This document shows positions 29,415-39,224 of a DNA stretch of 64,000 nucleotides, in pieces (positions within the stretch are counted from its first letter, which is position 1; every line of letters starts with the position of its first letter). Location: NCBI GenBank assembly GCA_001784285.1, contig MFQC01000008.1:90599-154598 (forward strand). The letters run 5' to 3'. The stretch comes from Candidatus Magasanikbacteria bacterium RIFCSPHIGHO2_02_FULL_48_18. GTDB lineage: Bacteria; Patescibacteriota; Patescibacteriia; Magasanikbacterales; UBA922. The notes beneath the pieces are model-generated. The model searched no databases, was not told where the DNA came from, and saw only the letters and a list, made by a program, of their open reading frames with translations. Position numbers and translations under genes: made by a program.

Positions 29415-29571
29415 GAATAGCGTATACATTTTAATTTTTTGCTAAAATAAGCTATTTATTAAGTTTTTCGTATAGAATAGTATATACAAATGATGTCTTT
29501 TTATGGGATTTATCCCCAATTATGCTAAGTTTCCCACAGAGTTATCCACAATGTGTAGAATAGTGTATACA
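29414..29571 (+). repeat. Three direct repeats AGAATAGYRTATACA interleaved with DnaA boxes
   Basis: Repeats at 29414-28, 29474-88, 29557-71; TTATCCCCA 29510-18, TTTCCCACA 29530-38, TTATCCACA 29542-50. Confidence 0.7.
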
Positions 29572-29842
29572 AAGTTGGACGTCGGACTTCAGACATCAGA
29601 CTTGTTATCTTGGCTGTTCGACGTTTTCCTATAGGCTTTGACAGTTACAAAATACTTTGATACACTTTCCAGTTCCCCGCCATGCGTCATATTGTGTGGT
29701 TTGGGGCGTCTTTTGATTGAGGCGCGTTTGTTTGTTGCAATGAACACAGGCGTCTGCACAGCACATCGGTGTTGTGCAAAACAGAAGAACAATTCGGTTT
29801 TTGTTTTAGCGCGAGCAGTGGCTGCTCGCAAGGAGAATGCCC

Positions 29843-32455
29843 GTGAAGACGACGCTGGTTCTTTTTGTTCTTCTTCTGGCGGCCCTGTTCGGGGCCTGCC
29901 GGGAGGAAGAAGTGGTCTACGACGCCCCCTACCTTGAGGTCTCGACCGAGTCGGACCTCGGGGTGGCGGCGCTGGATCTGACGTTCGTCCAGATCGCTGA
30001 GGGGCAGCGATATCTGGCGAACAAAGAGACCGGGGAGGGCTACTCGGTCGAGGTCGGATGGGATCTTCTCAAAAAGAAGTTCGTCATCCGGATCGATCGA
30101 AAGACCGGGGATCCGGACCACCCGCCGTTCATTCATGTCCTCAGCGCCACGGACGTGGTGTTTGAGGATACGGATGCGGCGTACGTCCACATCCTCGGTC
30201 GCAACACGGACGGGCAGGCCGTGGCAGTCGCGGGGTTCAAGCTGGACCTCACGCTCCAGGGACAGGTGCCGGTGACGCTCCAAGCGTTGGCCGGTAAATG
30301 CGACCTGGACGGCGACGGCACGCCGGATTGTGGGATTGATGGCTGCTGCGACGAGGACTACGAACCGTTCCTCGCCGACTGCAACGACAACGACCCGGCC
30401 GTGTCTCCCATCGCGTGGGAGATTCCGGCATGCGTGCCGTGCGAAAACATACCGGATTACTTCTGCCTTGGCAGCACGGCCTCGTACGAGTGCACGTGCC
30501 AGGCAGAAGCCGTGTGCAGCGCGGCATCGTGTGTTGCGGATGAGTGCCAAGAGACGGCGCTCGACTGCAACGACAACGACCCATGCACCACGGACGCGTG
30601 TGATCCGGCCACGGGTTGCACGGCCGTGCCCGTCGACTGCGATGACGACGAGGCCTGCACGGCAGACGCGTGTAATCCCAACACCGGTGTGTGCGAGTAC
30701 ACGCCCGCATGCGGGGATTGCGACACCAACGAGGAGTGCGACGACGAGAATCCGTGCACGGACGACCGGTGCGATGTGACGACTGGGGCGTGCGAGCATA
30801 CGCCCAATACGGCCACATGTAGCGACGGTAGCCTGTGCACGAAGAACGACGGGTGCATTGACGGGGAGTGCATTGGCACACCCATCAACTGCGAGGACGG
30901 CAGTGCGTGTACCACGGAAGACACCTGTCATCCCGGCACTGGCCTGTGCATTTACACGCAAGCCGACTGCGATGACGGTGTGGCGTGCACCGTTGACTCG
31001 TGCGATGTCGAGCTCGGATGCGTCAACACGCCGGACGACGGGACATGTCCGGACGGCGATCTGTGCGCCATCCCCACATGCGATGTGGCGGATGGGTGCA
31101 CGTACGTGCCGGTCGACTGTAACGACGGCAACGAGTGCACCACGGACGCGTGTGATCCGGAGACGGGCGATTGCATCCACATTCCGTCGTGTCCGATCTG
31201 TACGTCGGACGCGGAGTGCAACGACGACAATTCCTGTACGGACGACACGTGCGATCCGGCAACTGGGTGCGTCAACGTCGACAACACGGCGCCGTGCGAC
31301 GACGCGAACGCCTGTACCGAGGGCGACACGTGCCAGGGCGGCGAATGCGTCGGTGGGTCGCCTGCCGACTGCAACGACAACGACCCGTGCACGACAGACT
31401 CGTGCGATCCTGTCGAGGGGTGCGTCAATATGGGCGAGTGCCCGCCGTGCCTTTCGGACGCCGAGTGCGACGATGAGAACGTCTGCACGGATGACGCGTG
31501 CAACCCGGCCGTGGGTTGTATCAATACCCCGCAGAGCGGGGCGTGCGAGGACGGCAACGGGTGCACGGGAAACGACGCGTGCCAGGGCGGCACGTGCGTG
31601 GGCGGTACGCCGATCAACTGCGACGACGGGAACGCGTGCACGGCAGATGAGTGTTTTGGAGGAGGCTGCGTTCATAGCGCTTTCTCCTGCGACGACGGCA
31701 TTGCCTGCACCAACGACTCGTGCGACGCAGCCATCGGGTGCGTCAACGCACCGGTCAATGGCCTCTGCGACGATGGGGATGCGTGCACCCTTGACCTCTG
31801 CAGCGAAACAGAGGGGTGCCAGGCCCTGCCCATCGACTGCAACGACGGCAACGCGTGTACGGACGACGTCTGCGATCCGGTGCAGGGCTGCGTCTATACC
31901 TCGACCTGTCCGACGTGTGAGTCGGACGAGGAGTGTGACGACGGCAACCCGTGCACGGCAGACGCGTGCGACACGGTTCTTGGGTGCGTGAATGCCCTTC
32001 CGGACGATCCGGAAATCGACAGCATTTGCGCGCCCTGCGACGACGGCAACCCCTGCACCGTCCCCGATGTCAGTGGTCTCACGACCACGTGCGAGGACAT
32101 CGGGGTTGACCCCGCCGTAGGCGGGGGCGGGGCTTGCCTCACAACCGCGAACGCGGCCACCTCCGATTCACTCGGCTTTGTCTGCTTTGGAAAGACTCCA
32201 CCAAAACAGTATCAAGACGTGTGGATTGAGGTGGTTTCGGGCGTGCCCGGCACGCCCAAGTTCAAGGTTTCAAGCGGCGCCTACGTCTACATCGGCGCCG
32301 CGGACTCAATATCGATTCGGGTTTTGACCACCGGCACGTCGCCGGAGGTTGTGGACCCGATTGACTACGGCTGTCACTGCCTCGTGGGCGAGGTGGTCTC
32401 GGGCCAAAACATCGTGGTGGATGATAAGGGGCCGCTCCTTGTCTGTCCGCCATAA
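29843..32455 (+). CDS. Cys/Asp-rich repeat lipoprotein (Dictyostelium/myxobacterial-type CxDxxxCTxDxC repeats)
   Basis: Lipobox LFGA|C; 19 repeats counted; MopE-like DCNDNDPAVSP motif; SD AAGGAG 7 nt before GTG 29843 (ORF track start 29837); much more GC-rich than flanks. Confidence 0.85.
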   Translation: MKTTLVLFVLLLAALFGACREEEVVYDAPYLEVSTESDLGVAALDLTFVQIAEGQRYLANKETGEGYSVEVGWDLLKKKFVIRIDRKTGDPDHPPFIHVLSATDVVFEDTDAAYVHILGRNTDGQAVAVAGFKLDLTLQGQVPVTLQALAGKCDLDGDGTPDCGIDGCCDEDYEPFLADCNDNDPAVSPIAWEIPACVPCENIPDYFCLGSTASYECTCQAEAVCSAASCVADECQETALDCNDNDPCTTDACDPATGCTAVPVDCDDDEACTADACNPNTGVCEYTPACGDCDTNEECDDENPCTDDRCDVTTGACEHTPNTATCSDGSLCTKNDGCIDGECIGTPINCEDGSACTTEDTCHPGTGLCIYTQADCDDGVACTVDSCDVELGCVNTPDDGTCPDGDLCAIPTCDVADGCTYVPVDCNDGNECTTDACDPETGDCIHIPSCPICTSDAECNDDNSCTDDTCDPATGCVNVDNTAPCDDANACTEGDTCQGGECVGGSPADCNDNDPCTTDSCDPVEGCVNMGECPPCLSDAECDDENVCTDDACNPAVGCINTPQSGACEDGNGCTGNDACQGGTCVGGTPINCDDGNACTADECFGGGCVHSAFSCDDGIACTNDSCDAAIGCVNAPVNGLCDDGDACTLDLCSETEGCQALPIDCNDGNACTDDVCDPVQGCVYTSTCPTCESDEECDDGNPCTADACDTVLGCVNALPDDPEIDSICAPCDDGNPCTVPDVSGLTTTCEDIGVDPAVGGGGACLTTANAATSDSLGFVCFGKTPPKQYQDVWIEVVSGVPGTPKFKVSSGAYVYIGAADSISIRVLTTGTSPEVVDPIDYGCHCLVGEVVSGQNIVVDDKGPLLVCPP

Positions 32456-32471
32456 ACGCCCACGAAAAAGG

Positions 32472-32511
32472 AGGGAAACAGGGGGATGCAATCGTGCGTC
32501 CCCCTTCCCTT
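32472..32511. terminator. Hairpin between convergent genes
   Basis: GGGGGATGCA-ATCG-TGCGTCCCCC. Confidence 0.65.
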
Positions 32512-32557
32512 GATTCTGTTTTTATCCTTTACGGGTGATGAAGATAGTGAGAGGGAA

Positions 32558-32854
32558 CTACGTGAACCACAAAAATCGCGCGAGAAGAATTTGGAGCGCG
32601 ATAATAATAGCGAGGACGGCCTGAAAAGACGTCTTTTTTGTTTTGTGACGAAAAAAAGACATGCCCAGGAGCGCGCCGACCGATCCGCCGAGAAGACAAA
32701 GGATCCACAATGTTTTTTCAGAAATACGCTCTCCTTTGCCGCGCGATTTCCATTTGTCAATGCCAAAAAAAGAGAATGTGGCCGTATTTACAATGAAGAG
32801 ATAGAAAAGGCCAATAGTGAGCACCGGCCATTGTGGTGAAAAGGAGGGTTCCAT
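32558..32854 (-). CDS. DUF1294 family membrane protein
   Basis: FGIDKWKS...RISEKTL...GGSVGALLGM.FFRHKTKK. Confidence 0.88.
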   Translation of the reverse strand: MEPSFSPQWPVLTIGLFYLFIVNTATFSFFGIDKWKSRGKGERISEKTLWILCLLGGSVGALLGMSFFRHKTKKTSFQAVLAIIIALQILLARFLWFT

Positions 32855-32872
32855 AGCAATGCCGTATGAAAA

Positions 32873-33427
32873 TTATTCATTGAGGGTGGCGTCGTGAATA
32901 TGATATTTTCTGTCTTGGTCCGCGAGCTGAATAAGCGCTTCGCGGATTTTATTTGGACGAGGGATATCATGGGCCACCACATTGATGTTGTTTGACGCGG
33001 TTTTAATGGAGACGGTTCCATAGTTGAAGAACGTCGCAAATACCCCATGGACGTCTGATGTCACGTCCTGGATGCGGTAGAGATCGAGTTCGGAAATGGA
33101 TCGAGAAAAAAGGCTTCGCTGTTCCACGTCCATGAGCCGGTCATTGGTGACAATAGTGATATCAAGATAAAATTCAATAAATCGCGTGAAAAAGAAAAGA
33201 TAGATTGCAAGAAAATAGGCGCTCGCAAATAATACGAGCATGGCATAGCTGATTTGATTTTCAAGAAGCGCCGGGAAAAGAGAGGAAACAAGAAAATAGA
33301 GCGCAAACGGTATTGCCATGAGAATGAGAAAAAGAACGGCAATGGGCACAAAGGTAATCCAATGATGCCTCAGCACATACAGGATTTTTTCGTATGATTT
33401 TTGTTTGATAAATGCGGCAAGATGCAT
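32873..33427 (-). CDS. Membrane protein with bacterial PH domain
   Basis: RHHW, two TMs, VTNDRL..EQ..LF, IQDV, FNYGTV.I.TA. Confidence 0.8.
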   Translation of the reverse strand: MHLAAFIKQKSYEKILYVLRHHWITFVPIAVLFLILMAIPFALYFLVSSLFPALLENQISYAMLVLFASAYFLAIYLFFFTRFIEFYLDITIVTNDRLMDVEQRSLFSRSISELDLYRIQDVTSDVHGVFATFFNYGTVSIKTASNNINVVAHDIPRPNKIREALIQLADQDRKYHIHDATLNE

Positions 33428-33431
33428 ATTT

Positions 33432-33692
33432 TTATGGAGAAAATAGTCCTCCGAGCCATGAGGCGTCAAGGAGTGTCACCGGCGTTTTCCAATCAATGTC
33501 GGGAAGGAGGGACATGGTTGCATACAGGGTGATAATGGTAAGAAAAAAAATCAAGAAACAAAATAAAAAGCTCGTGAGTGTGAGCGAAGCCGTTGCAATG
33601 ATATGGTAAACGTGAATGAGGGAAAAAATCAAAAATACGACCAAAAAAAGCAGGTATACAAAAAGAAAAACGTACAGCGGTATTTGGATCAT
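33432..33692 (-). CDS. Small hypothetical membrane protein
   Basis: Two hydrophobic helices; start overlaps the ruvB stop (ATGA). Confidence 0.7.
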   Translation of the reverse strand: MIQIPLYVFLFVYLLFLVVFLIFSLIHVYHIIATASLTLTSFLFCFLIFFLTIITLYATMSLLPDIDWKTPVTLLDASWLGGLFSP

Positions 33693-34714
33693 ACGGCGCT
33701 ATGCATCATTTTTATATGTTCGTGCGCGCGAGGCGTTACCACTCTCCCTCTTGGCGTTCGATCAATCATGCCAAGCTGGAGCAGGTAGGGTTCGTACACG
33801 GTTTCAACCGTGTCCATCTCTTCTGCCACGGCCGCGGCAAGCGTATTCAGGCCCACAGGGCCGCCATTAAATTTTTGAATGATGGTCGAGAGAATTTTTC
33901 GGTCAACCGCATCCAGTCCGTGCTTGTCAATATGAAGCATGCCGAGTCCGTCGTTTGTTATCTGCTCAGTAATGTGCCCGTCATGGCGGACATCCGCGTA
34001 GTCGCGGATTCGTTTGAGCAGGCGATTGGCAACACGGGGTGTTTTTCGGGATCGTTCGGCGATAAGGACGGCCGCGGCGTCGTCAATCATAACATTGAGG
34101 AGCGACGCATTGCGCCGGATAATTGTTTCAATATCCTGCGGTTCGTAGAAATTGAGGTGGTAGACATGGCCAAAGCGGTCACGGAGAGGGTTTGAAAGAA
34201 GGTTCAATTTCGTCGTGGCGCCAATAAGGGTAAATGGTTCAAGAGGCATGCGAAGCGTTCGCGCAGAAGGGCCTTTGCCGACCACGATGTCGAGGGCGTA
34301 GTCTTCCATGGCCGCGTAGAGCACCTCTTCGATGGTTTTGTGCAACCGATGAATTTCGTCAATAAAGAGGACGTCGCCGCGTTTCAAATTGGATACAATA
34401 GCCGCCAAATCGCCGACGCGTTCAAGCGCCGGCCCGGCCGTCACGGTAACCCCTGCGTCCATTTCATGGGCAATAATGTGGGCGAGTGTGGTTTTTCCAA
34501 GGCCCGGGTTGCCATACAGGAGCACATGCTCCATCGGTTCGTTTCGTTTTTTGGCGGCGGCGATGGAAATGATGAGCGGTTCTTTGATATGGGCTTGCCC
34601 AACAAAATGAGCCAGTATTTTTGGCCGAAGGGTGTGCTCTATTTTTTGTTCTTCGCCTGGGGCGGGGTCAACCATTCGCGGCGGCTCCGGAGCTTGTTCG
34701 GAAAGGGGTAACAT
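33689..34714 (-). CDS. ruvB: Holliday junction helicase RuvB
   Basis: LRP, GNPGLGKTTLA, FIDEIHR, FTLIGATT, PLRDRFG, RTPRGR. Confidence 0.97.
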   Translation of the reverse strand: MLPLSEQAPEPPRMVDPAPGEEQKIEHTLRPKILAHFVGQAHIKEPLIISIAAAKKRNEPMEHVLLYGNPGLGKTTLAHIIAHEMDAGVTVTAGPALERVGDLAAIVSNLKRGDVLFIDEIHRLHKTIEEVLYAAMEDYALDIVVGKGPSARTLRMPLEPFTLIGATTKLNLLSNPLRDRFGHVYHLNFYEPQDIETIIRRNASLLNVMIDDAAAVLIAERSRKTPRVANRLLKRIRDYADVRHDGHITEQITNDGLGMLHIDKHGLDAVDRKILSTIIQKFNGGPVGLNTLAAAVAEEMDTVETVYEPYLLQLGMIDRTPRGRVVTPRAHEHIKMMHSAV

Positions 34715-34886
34715 AGGTGACGGTAGTATACGGAGTTCGGACGCACAAGGCAACCCGGGAAGTCTTGAAATATTTTTTATAAAAATTGTGGATAACTTTT
34801 TTTGTTTCTTTTTTCTCTGTCATTTAACGCAGAACCGAGCAAAAAAAGATGTGTCGCAGAATAATTTGGGAGGGGAGACAAGGGTG

Positions 34887-34961
34887 TGCTATACTACGCC
34901 TACCTTAAAAGAAACACAACATATTGTGGATAAAAAATATCTTAAACCATATATATAGTAA
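34887..34961 (+). promoter_or_regulatory. nrdA extended -10 promoter with tandem NrdR boxes
   Basis: TGcTATACT 34887-95; ACACAACATATTGTGG (34914-29) and ACCATATATATAGTAA (34946-61), 32 bp apart. Confidence 0.7.
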
Positions 34962-35146
34962 TTTTCATACCGTTTTTTCTTCGCCTGTCCTTTTCGAATA
35001 ATGGGCTCTCCTGCCTCTTTTACGAGCGGTCTCTTTGACGCTTTTTTGACGCCTTTGATCCTTGAAAAAAGGAGAAACAAAACCTCTCTCCAGTTTTTGG
35101 TTCGCGGTAATTTCAGTGTCTCATCAATTATTTTTAAAGATGTCCT

Positions 35147-38080
35147 ATGTATCCTTCAACCACTATTGCTCAAATCAAAAAGCGAACCGGCCAGATTGTG
35201 CCGTTTCATCCGGATAAAATACTGGTTGCCGTGAGTAAGGCATTTGCGCACATAAAAGGCGCGGCCGATCCGACCCTCATGAGAGAACTGACCGCTCTTG
35301 CGTTGGAAAATTTGGAACAAAAGTTTTCCGATGCCACTCCGGGCGTGGAAGACGTCCAAAATGAAGTGGAAGGCGTGCTCATGGCGCGCGGATACTTTGA
35401 TGTGGCAAAAGGATATATTATTTATCGCTATGAGCACGCCAAAGTCCGAGAAATAAAAAAACAGGAGCTGGAAAAGAAAATTGACGTTGGAGGCATTTTT
35501 GTGGTGAAGCGGTCGGGAAAGAAAGAGCCGTTTTCCATGGAAAAAATAAAACAATCGCTTGCGCATTACGCGTCCGGATATGAAACCATTATTCATATTG
35601 ATGCCGTTGCGGAGCAGGTTCGCACAGAATTGTACGAAGATATTGAAACCAAAGAAATCGCGCGCGCCATTATTATGGTGTTGCGTTCCTTTATCGAGCA
35701 CGACCCCGCGTATTCTTTTGCCGCGGCTCGGGCATTGTTGATTGAAAATTACAAAACCGTTATTGGCCACGATAAGATTGATTTTAAAAAATTGGACCAA
35801 CAGCTCCGCGACGCTTTTGTAATGTCCATCCAAAAGGGCGTCTCCATGGGAAAACTGGATCCGAGACTGTTGTTATTTGATATTCCGGCAATAGGAAAGA
35901 TGTTGCAATTTTCTCGAGACGCCATACTGCCGTATGTGAGCGTCCAAACATTGGCCGATCGGTATTTCTTGCGTGAAAACTACGAAAGCGATGCTTTGGA
36001 AACACCGCAAATGTTTTGGATGCGCGTCGCGATGGGTCTTGCGTGTCAGGAAGAAAAAAAGGAAGAGTGGGCGCAGAAATTTTATGAGGTGATGTCCACT
36101 CTTCGGTATGTTCCGTCAACCCCGACGCTTTTTCACGCGGGAACCGTGCATCCGCAGATGAGTTCGTGTTATTTGACAACCATAGAAGACGACCTGACGC
36201 ATATTTTTAAATGTATCGGCGACAACGCGCAACTCGCAAAATGGTCGGGAGGCATTGGAAACGATTGGTCCAATTTGCGCGGCACGAACGCGCTGATTAA
36301 AGCAACGGGCGTTGGAAGCCAGGGTATTATTCCATTTTTGAAAATTGCCAACGACACCACGGCCGCCATCAACCGAAGCGGACGCCGCCGCGGCGCCACG
36401 TGCGCGTATCTCGAAACATGGCATTGGGACATTGAAGATTTTCTTGAGCTCCGAAAAAATACCGGAGACGAACGCCGGCGAACGCACGACATGAACACGG
36501 CAAACTGGATTCCGGATCTTTTTATGAAGCGCGTGAAAAATGGACAAGACTGGTCGCTCTTTTCTGCCGACGAAACGCCGGAATTGCATCATTTGTATGG
36601 CGAGGCGTTTGAACGAAAATATGAGGAATACGAACGCAAGGGGGAAGCGGGGCAACTGCGGATGTACCGCACCATGCCGGCGCGAGATTTGTGGAAAAAA
36701 ATGCTGACCATGCTCTTTGAAACCGGCCATCCATGGATTGCCTGGAAGGACCCGAGCAACATTCGCTCGCCGCAAGATCATGTTGGCGTCGTGCATAGCT
36801 CCAACCTCTGCACGGAAATAACGCTCAATACGTCATCGGACGAAACAGCGGTATGCAATTTGGGTTCCGTCAATTTGGAGAGGCATATAACGAATGAAGG
36901 GGCGCTCAATATGGATATGCTTCAGGAAACGGTCGGCATCGCAATGCGTATGCTCGACAATGTCATTGATCTCAATTTTTATCCCACCAAAGAAGCGCGA
37001 AATTCCAATTTTCGCCACCGTCCGGTCGGGCTTGGCATTATGGGTTTCCAAAATGCGCTGTATAAGATGGATATACGGTTTGACAGCGATGCGGGCGTTG
37101 CGTTTGCGGATTACAGCATGGAAGCGGTTTCCTATTTTGCCATTCTCGGATCAACCGAATTGGCGCGCGAACGAGGAGCATACTCCAGTTATCGAGGCTC
37201 CAAATGGGATCGCGGCCTTTTGCCGATGGACACCATTGCCCTCTTGGAGCGCGAGCGCGGAACGACCATGCCTATTTCCAAAGAATCTCGCATGGACTGG
37301 TCGGTCGTGCGCGAAGCGATCGCTCGACATGGCATGCGCAATTCCAATTGTTTGGCTTTGGCGCCCACGGCGACCATTTCCAATATCGCGGGAACCACGC
37401 CAACCATTGAACCGCTGTACAAAAATATCTACGTCAAAACCAATCAGGCCGGAGATTTTACCATTGTCAATCCGTATCTGGTTGAGGCGCTGAAAAAAGA
37501 ACATCTGTGGGATGATGAAATGCTGGGAAAATTGAAATACCACGATGGCCGGGTGACGGATATTCCGGAAATTCCTGTCGCTCTCAAAGAGATATACAAA
37601 GAAGTCTTTGAAGTCGACCCCAAATGGCTTATCCTTGCGACTGCACATCGCGGGAAGTGGGTCGACCAAAGTCAGTCTATGAATTTGTATTACGCCGGAA
37701 AATCGGGAAAAGAAATCAGCGATATGTATCTCTTTGCATGGGAGATGGGGCTCAAAACCACCTACTATCTCCGGACGCTCGCGATGTCTCAAGTGGAGAA
37801 GTCAACCGTCAAGACCCAGGAATATGGAGAAACGCATACGCGCCGAACATTTTTGGAGAAAAGCGCGTCGCCCGACGGTGCGGCCGAAGCACTATCTATA
37901 GAGCGCGTCACGACAACGACGGTGGCAACGCATGAACCCGCAATGACCGCGGCGCAAGAAGCCTCTGTGCCCTCATTGCAGAAGACACTCGTCTCCGTTG
38001 TTCCTCCTGCCAGTCTTTCGGAAGAGACCTCACCCAAATTATGTACAATAAACGACCCGGACTGCGAAGCATGCCAGTAG
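35147..38080 (+). CDS. nrdA: Ribonucleoside-diphosphate reductase alpha subunit, two ATP cones
   Basis: IKKRTG and VVKRSG cones, SSC, SNLCTEI, CNLGS, KTTYYLR, C-terminal CEACQ. Confidence 0.96.
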   Translation: MYPSTTIAQIKKRTGQIVPFHPDKILVAVSKAFAHIKGAADPTLMRELTALALENLEQKFSDATPGVEDVQNEVEGVLMARGYFDVAKGYIIYRYEHAKVREIKKQELEKKIDVGGIFVVKRSGKKEPFSMEKIKQSLAHYASGYETIIHIDAVAEQVRTELYEDIETKEIARAIIMVLRSFIEHDPAYSFAAARALLIENYKTVIGHDKIDFKKLDQQLRDAFVMSIQKGVSMGKLDPRLLLFDIPAIGKMLQFSRDAILPYVSVQTLADRYFLRENYESDALETPQMFWMRVAMGLACQEEKKEEWAQKFYEVMSTLRYVPSTPTLFHAGTVHPQMSSCYLTTIEDDLTHIFKCIGDNAQLAKWSGGIGNDWSNLRGTNALIKATGVGSQGIIPFLKIANDTTAAINRSGRRRGATCAYLETWHWDIEDFLELRKNTGDERRRTHDMNTANWIPDLFMKRVKNGQDWSLFSADETPELHHLYGEAFERKYEEYERKGEAGQLRMYRTMPARDLWKKMLTMLFETGHPWIAWKDPSNIRSPQDHVGVVHSSNLCTEITLNTSSDETAVCNLGSVNLERHITNEGALNMDMLQETVGIAMRMLDNVIDLNFYPTKEARNSNFRHRPVGLGIMGFQNALYKMDIRFDSDAGVAFADYSMEAVSYFAILGSTELARERGAYSSYRGSKWDRGLLPMDTIALLERERGTTMPISKESRMDWSVVREAIARHGMRNSNCLALAPTATISNIAGTTPTIEPLYKNIYVKTNQAGDFTIVNPYLVEALKKEHLWDDEMLGKLKYHDGRVTDIPEIPVALKEIYKEVFEVDPKWLILATAHRGKWVDQSQSMNLYYAGKSGKEISDMYLFAWEMGLKTTYYLRTLAMSQVEKSTVKTQEYGETHTRRTFLEKSASPDGAAEALSIERVTTTTVATHEPAMTAAQEASVPSLQKTLVSVVPPASLSEETSPKLCTINDPDCEACQ

Positions 38081-38098
38081 GGGTACAGACTATTTTTT

Positions 38099-39133
38099 AT
38101 GCCAATACAAAAAACGACAAGCCGGATTGATATCAATCAGCGCCGGATTATCAACGGCGCTGACGCCGATGTGATACAGCTCTATCCGATGCGGCATACG
38201 TTTGCATGGGACGCGTACAACATTGGGAATGCCAATCATTGGTTGCCAACGGAAATTATCATGCAAAACGACATTGAGCAGTGGCGCAGTGCAAATGTGC
38301 TCTCCGACGAGGAACGCTGTGCGTTCAAGACCGTCCTTGGATTTTTTACAACCGCGGATTCCATTGCGGCAAACAATATTGTGATTGCGCTCTATCGGCA
38401 CATCACGTCTCCTGAATGCCGCATGTATTTGTTGCGCCAGGGTTATGAGGAGGCGATTCATACCCATGCGTACCAATATATTGTGGAAAGCTTGTCTTTG
38501 GATGAAGGCGAAATTTTTAACATGTACCGGGAAGTGGAATCCATTTACGACAAAGCATCGTTTATCCTCACATTCAATGAAGGGATCTTCCATCCTGGGT
38601 TTAAAACCGGCACATTTGAGGCGGATCAGAAATTTTTGGAAAACATTGTGGTGTTTTCTCTGATTATGGAAGGTATTTTCTTTTACAGTTCGTTTGCGGT
38701 CATGTTTGGATTTCAGCGTCAAAATAAAATGGTGGGGTCCGCCGAGCAGATCCAATATATTATGCGCGACGAATCTCAGCATTTGAATTTTGGCATCAAT
38801 CTCATCAATACCATAAAGCAAGAACAGCCGGAATTGTGGACTCCAGAATTTCAACAGCGGATCATTGATTTGGTGCGCGAAGGCGCAACGTTGGAATATA
38901 CATTTGCGCAGTCTGTTTTTCCGCGGGGTATTTTTGGCATGAATGCCGAAGGGTTCAAGCAGTATATTCAGCATATCGCGGATCGGCGTCTGACTCGCAT
39001 CGGCCTTCCGGAGCAATTTGCCGTGGCAAATCCATTTCCATGGATGAGCGAGGCTGTGGATTTGAATAAGGAAAAGAATTTTTTTGAAACACGGGTGACC
39101 GAATATCAGACGGGCGGAACATTGGATTGGTAA
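38099..39133 (+). CDS. nrdB: Ribonucleoside-diphosphate reductase beta subunit (class Ia)
   Basis: ADSI, EEAIHTHAY (radical Tyr), EGIFFY, RDESQH, NFFETRVTEY. Confidence 0.95.
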   Translation: MPIQKTTSRIDINQRRIINGADADVIQLYPMRHTFAWDAYNIGNANHWLPTEIIMQNDIEQWRSANVLSDEERCAFKTVLGFFTTADSIAANNIVIALYRHITSPECRMYLLRQGYEEAIHTHAYQYIVESLSLDEGEIFNMYREVESIYDKASFILTFNEGIFHPGFKTGTFEADQKFLENIVVFSLIMEGIFFYSSFAVMFGFQRQNKMVGSAEQIQYIMRDESQHLNFGINLINTIKQEQPELWTPEFQQRIIDLVREGATLEYTFAQSVFPRGIFGMNAEGFKQYIQHIADRRLTRIGLPEQFAVANPFPWMSEAVDLNKEKNFFETRVTEYQTGGTLDW

Positions 39134-39224
39134 TGTACGTTTGCCCAGCAAACTCAGTCTTGTCGTGGGAAAAAGAAAAATTCATTGTGGATGAAACTGT
39201 GTATTGAGCCAAGGGGGGCGTATT

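Noticed and set aside
29687-31991. Long alternative ORFs (662 aa minus, 377 aa plus)
   Set aside because: Shadow frames of the GC-rich repetitive Cys-rich gene, with Arg/Ala/Val-biased composition
38099-39133. Class Ic (Mn/Fe, Tyr-less) RNR beta subunit
   Set aside because: The first ligand is Asp (ADSI) and the radical Tyr is present (EAIHTHAY), consistent with class Ia
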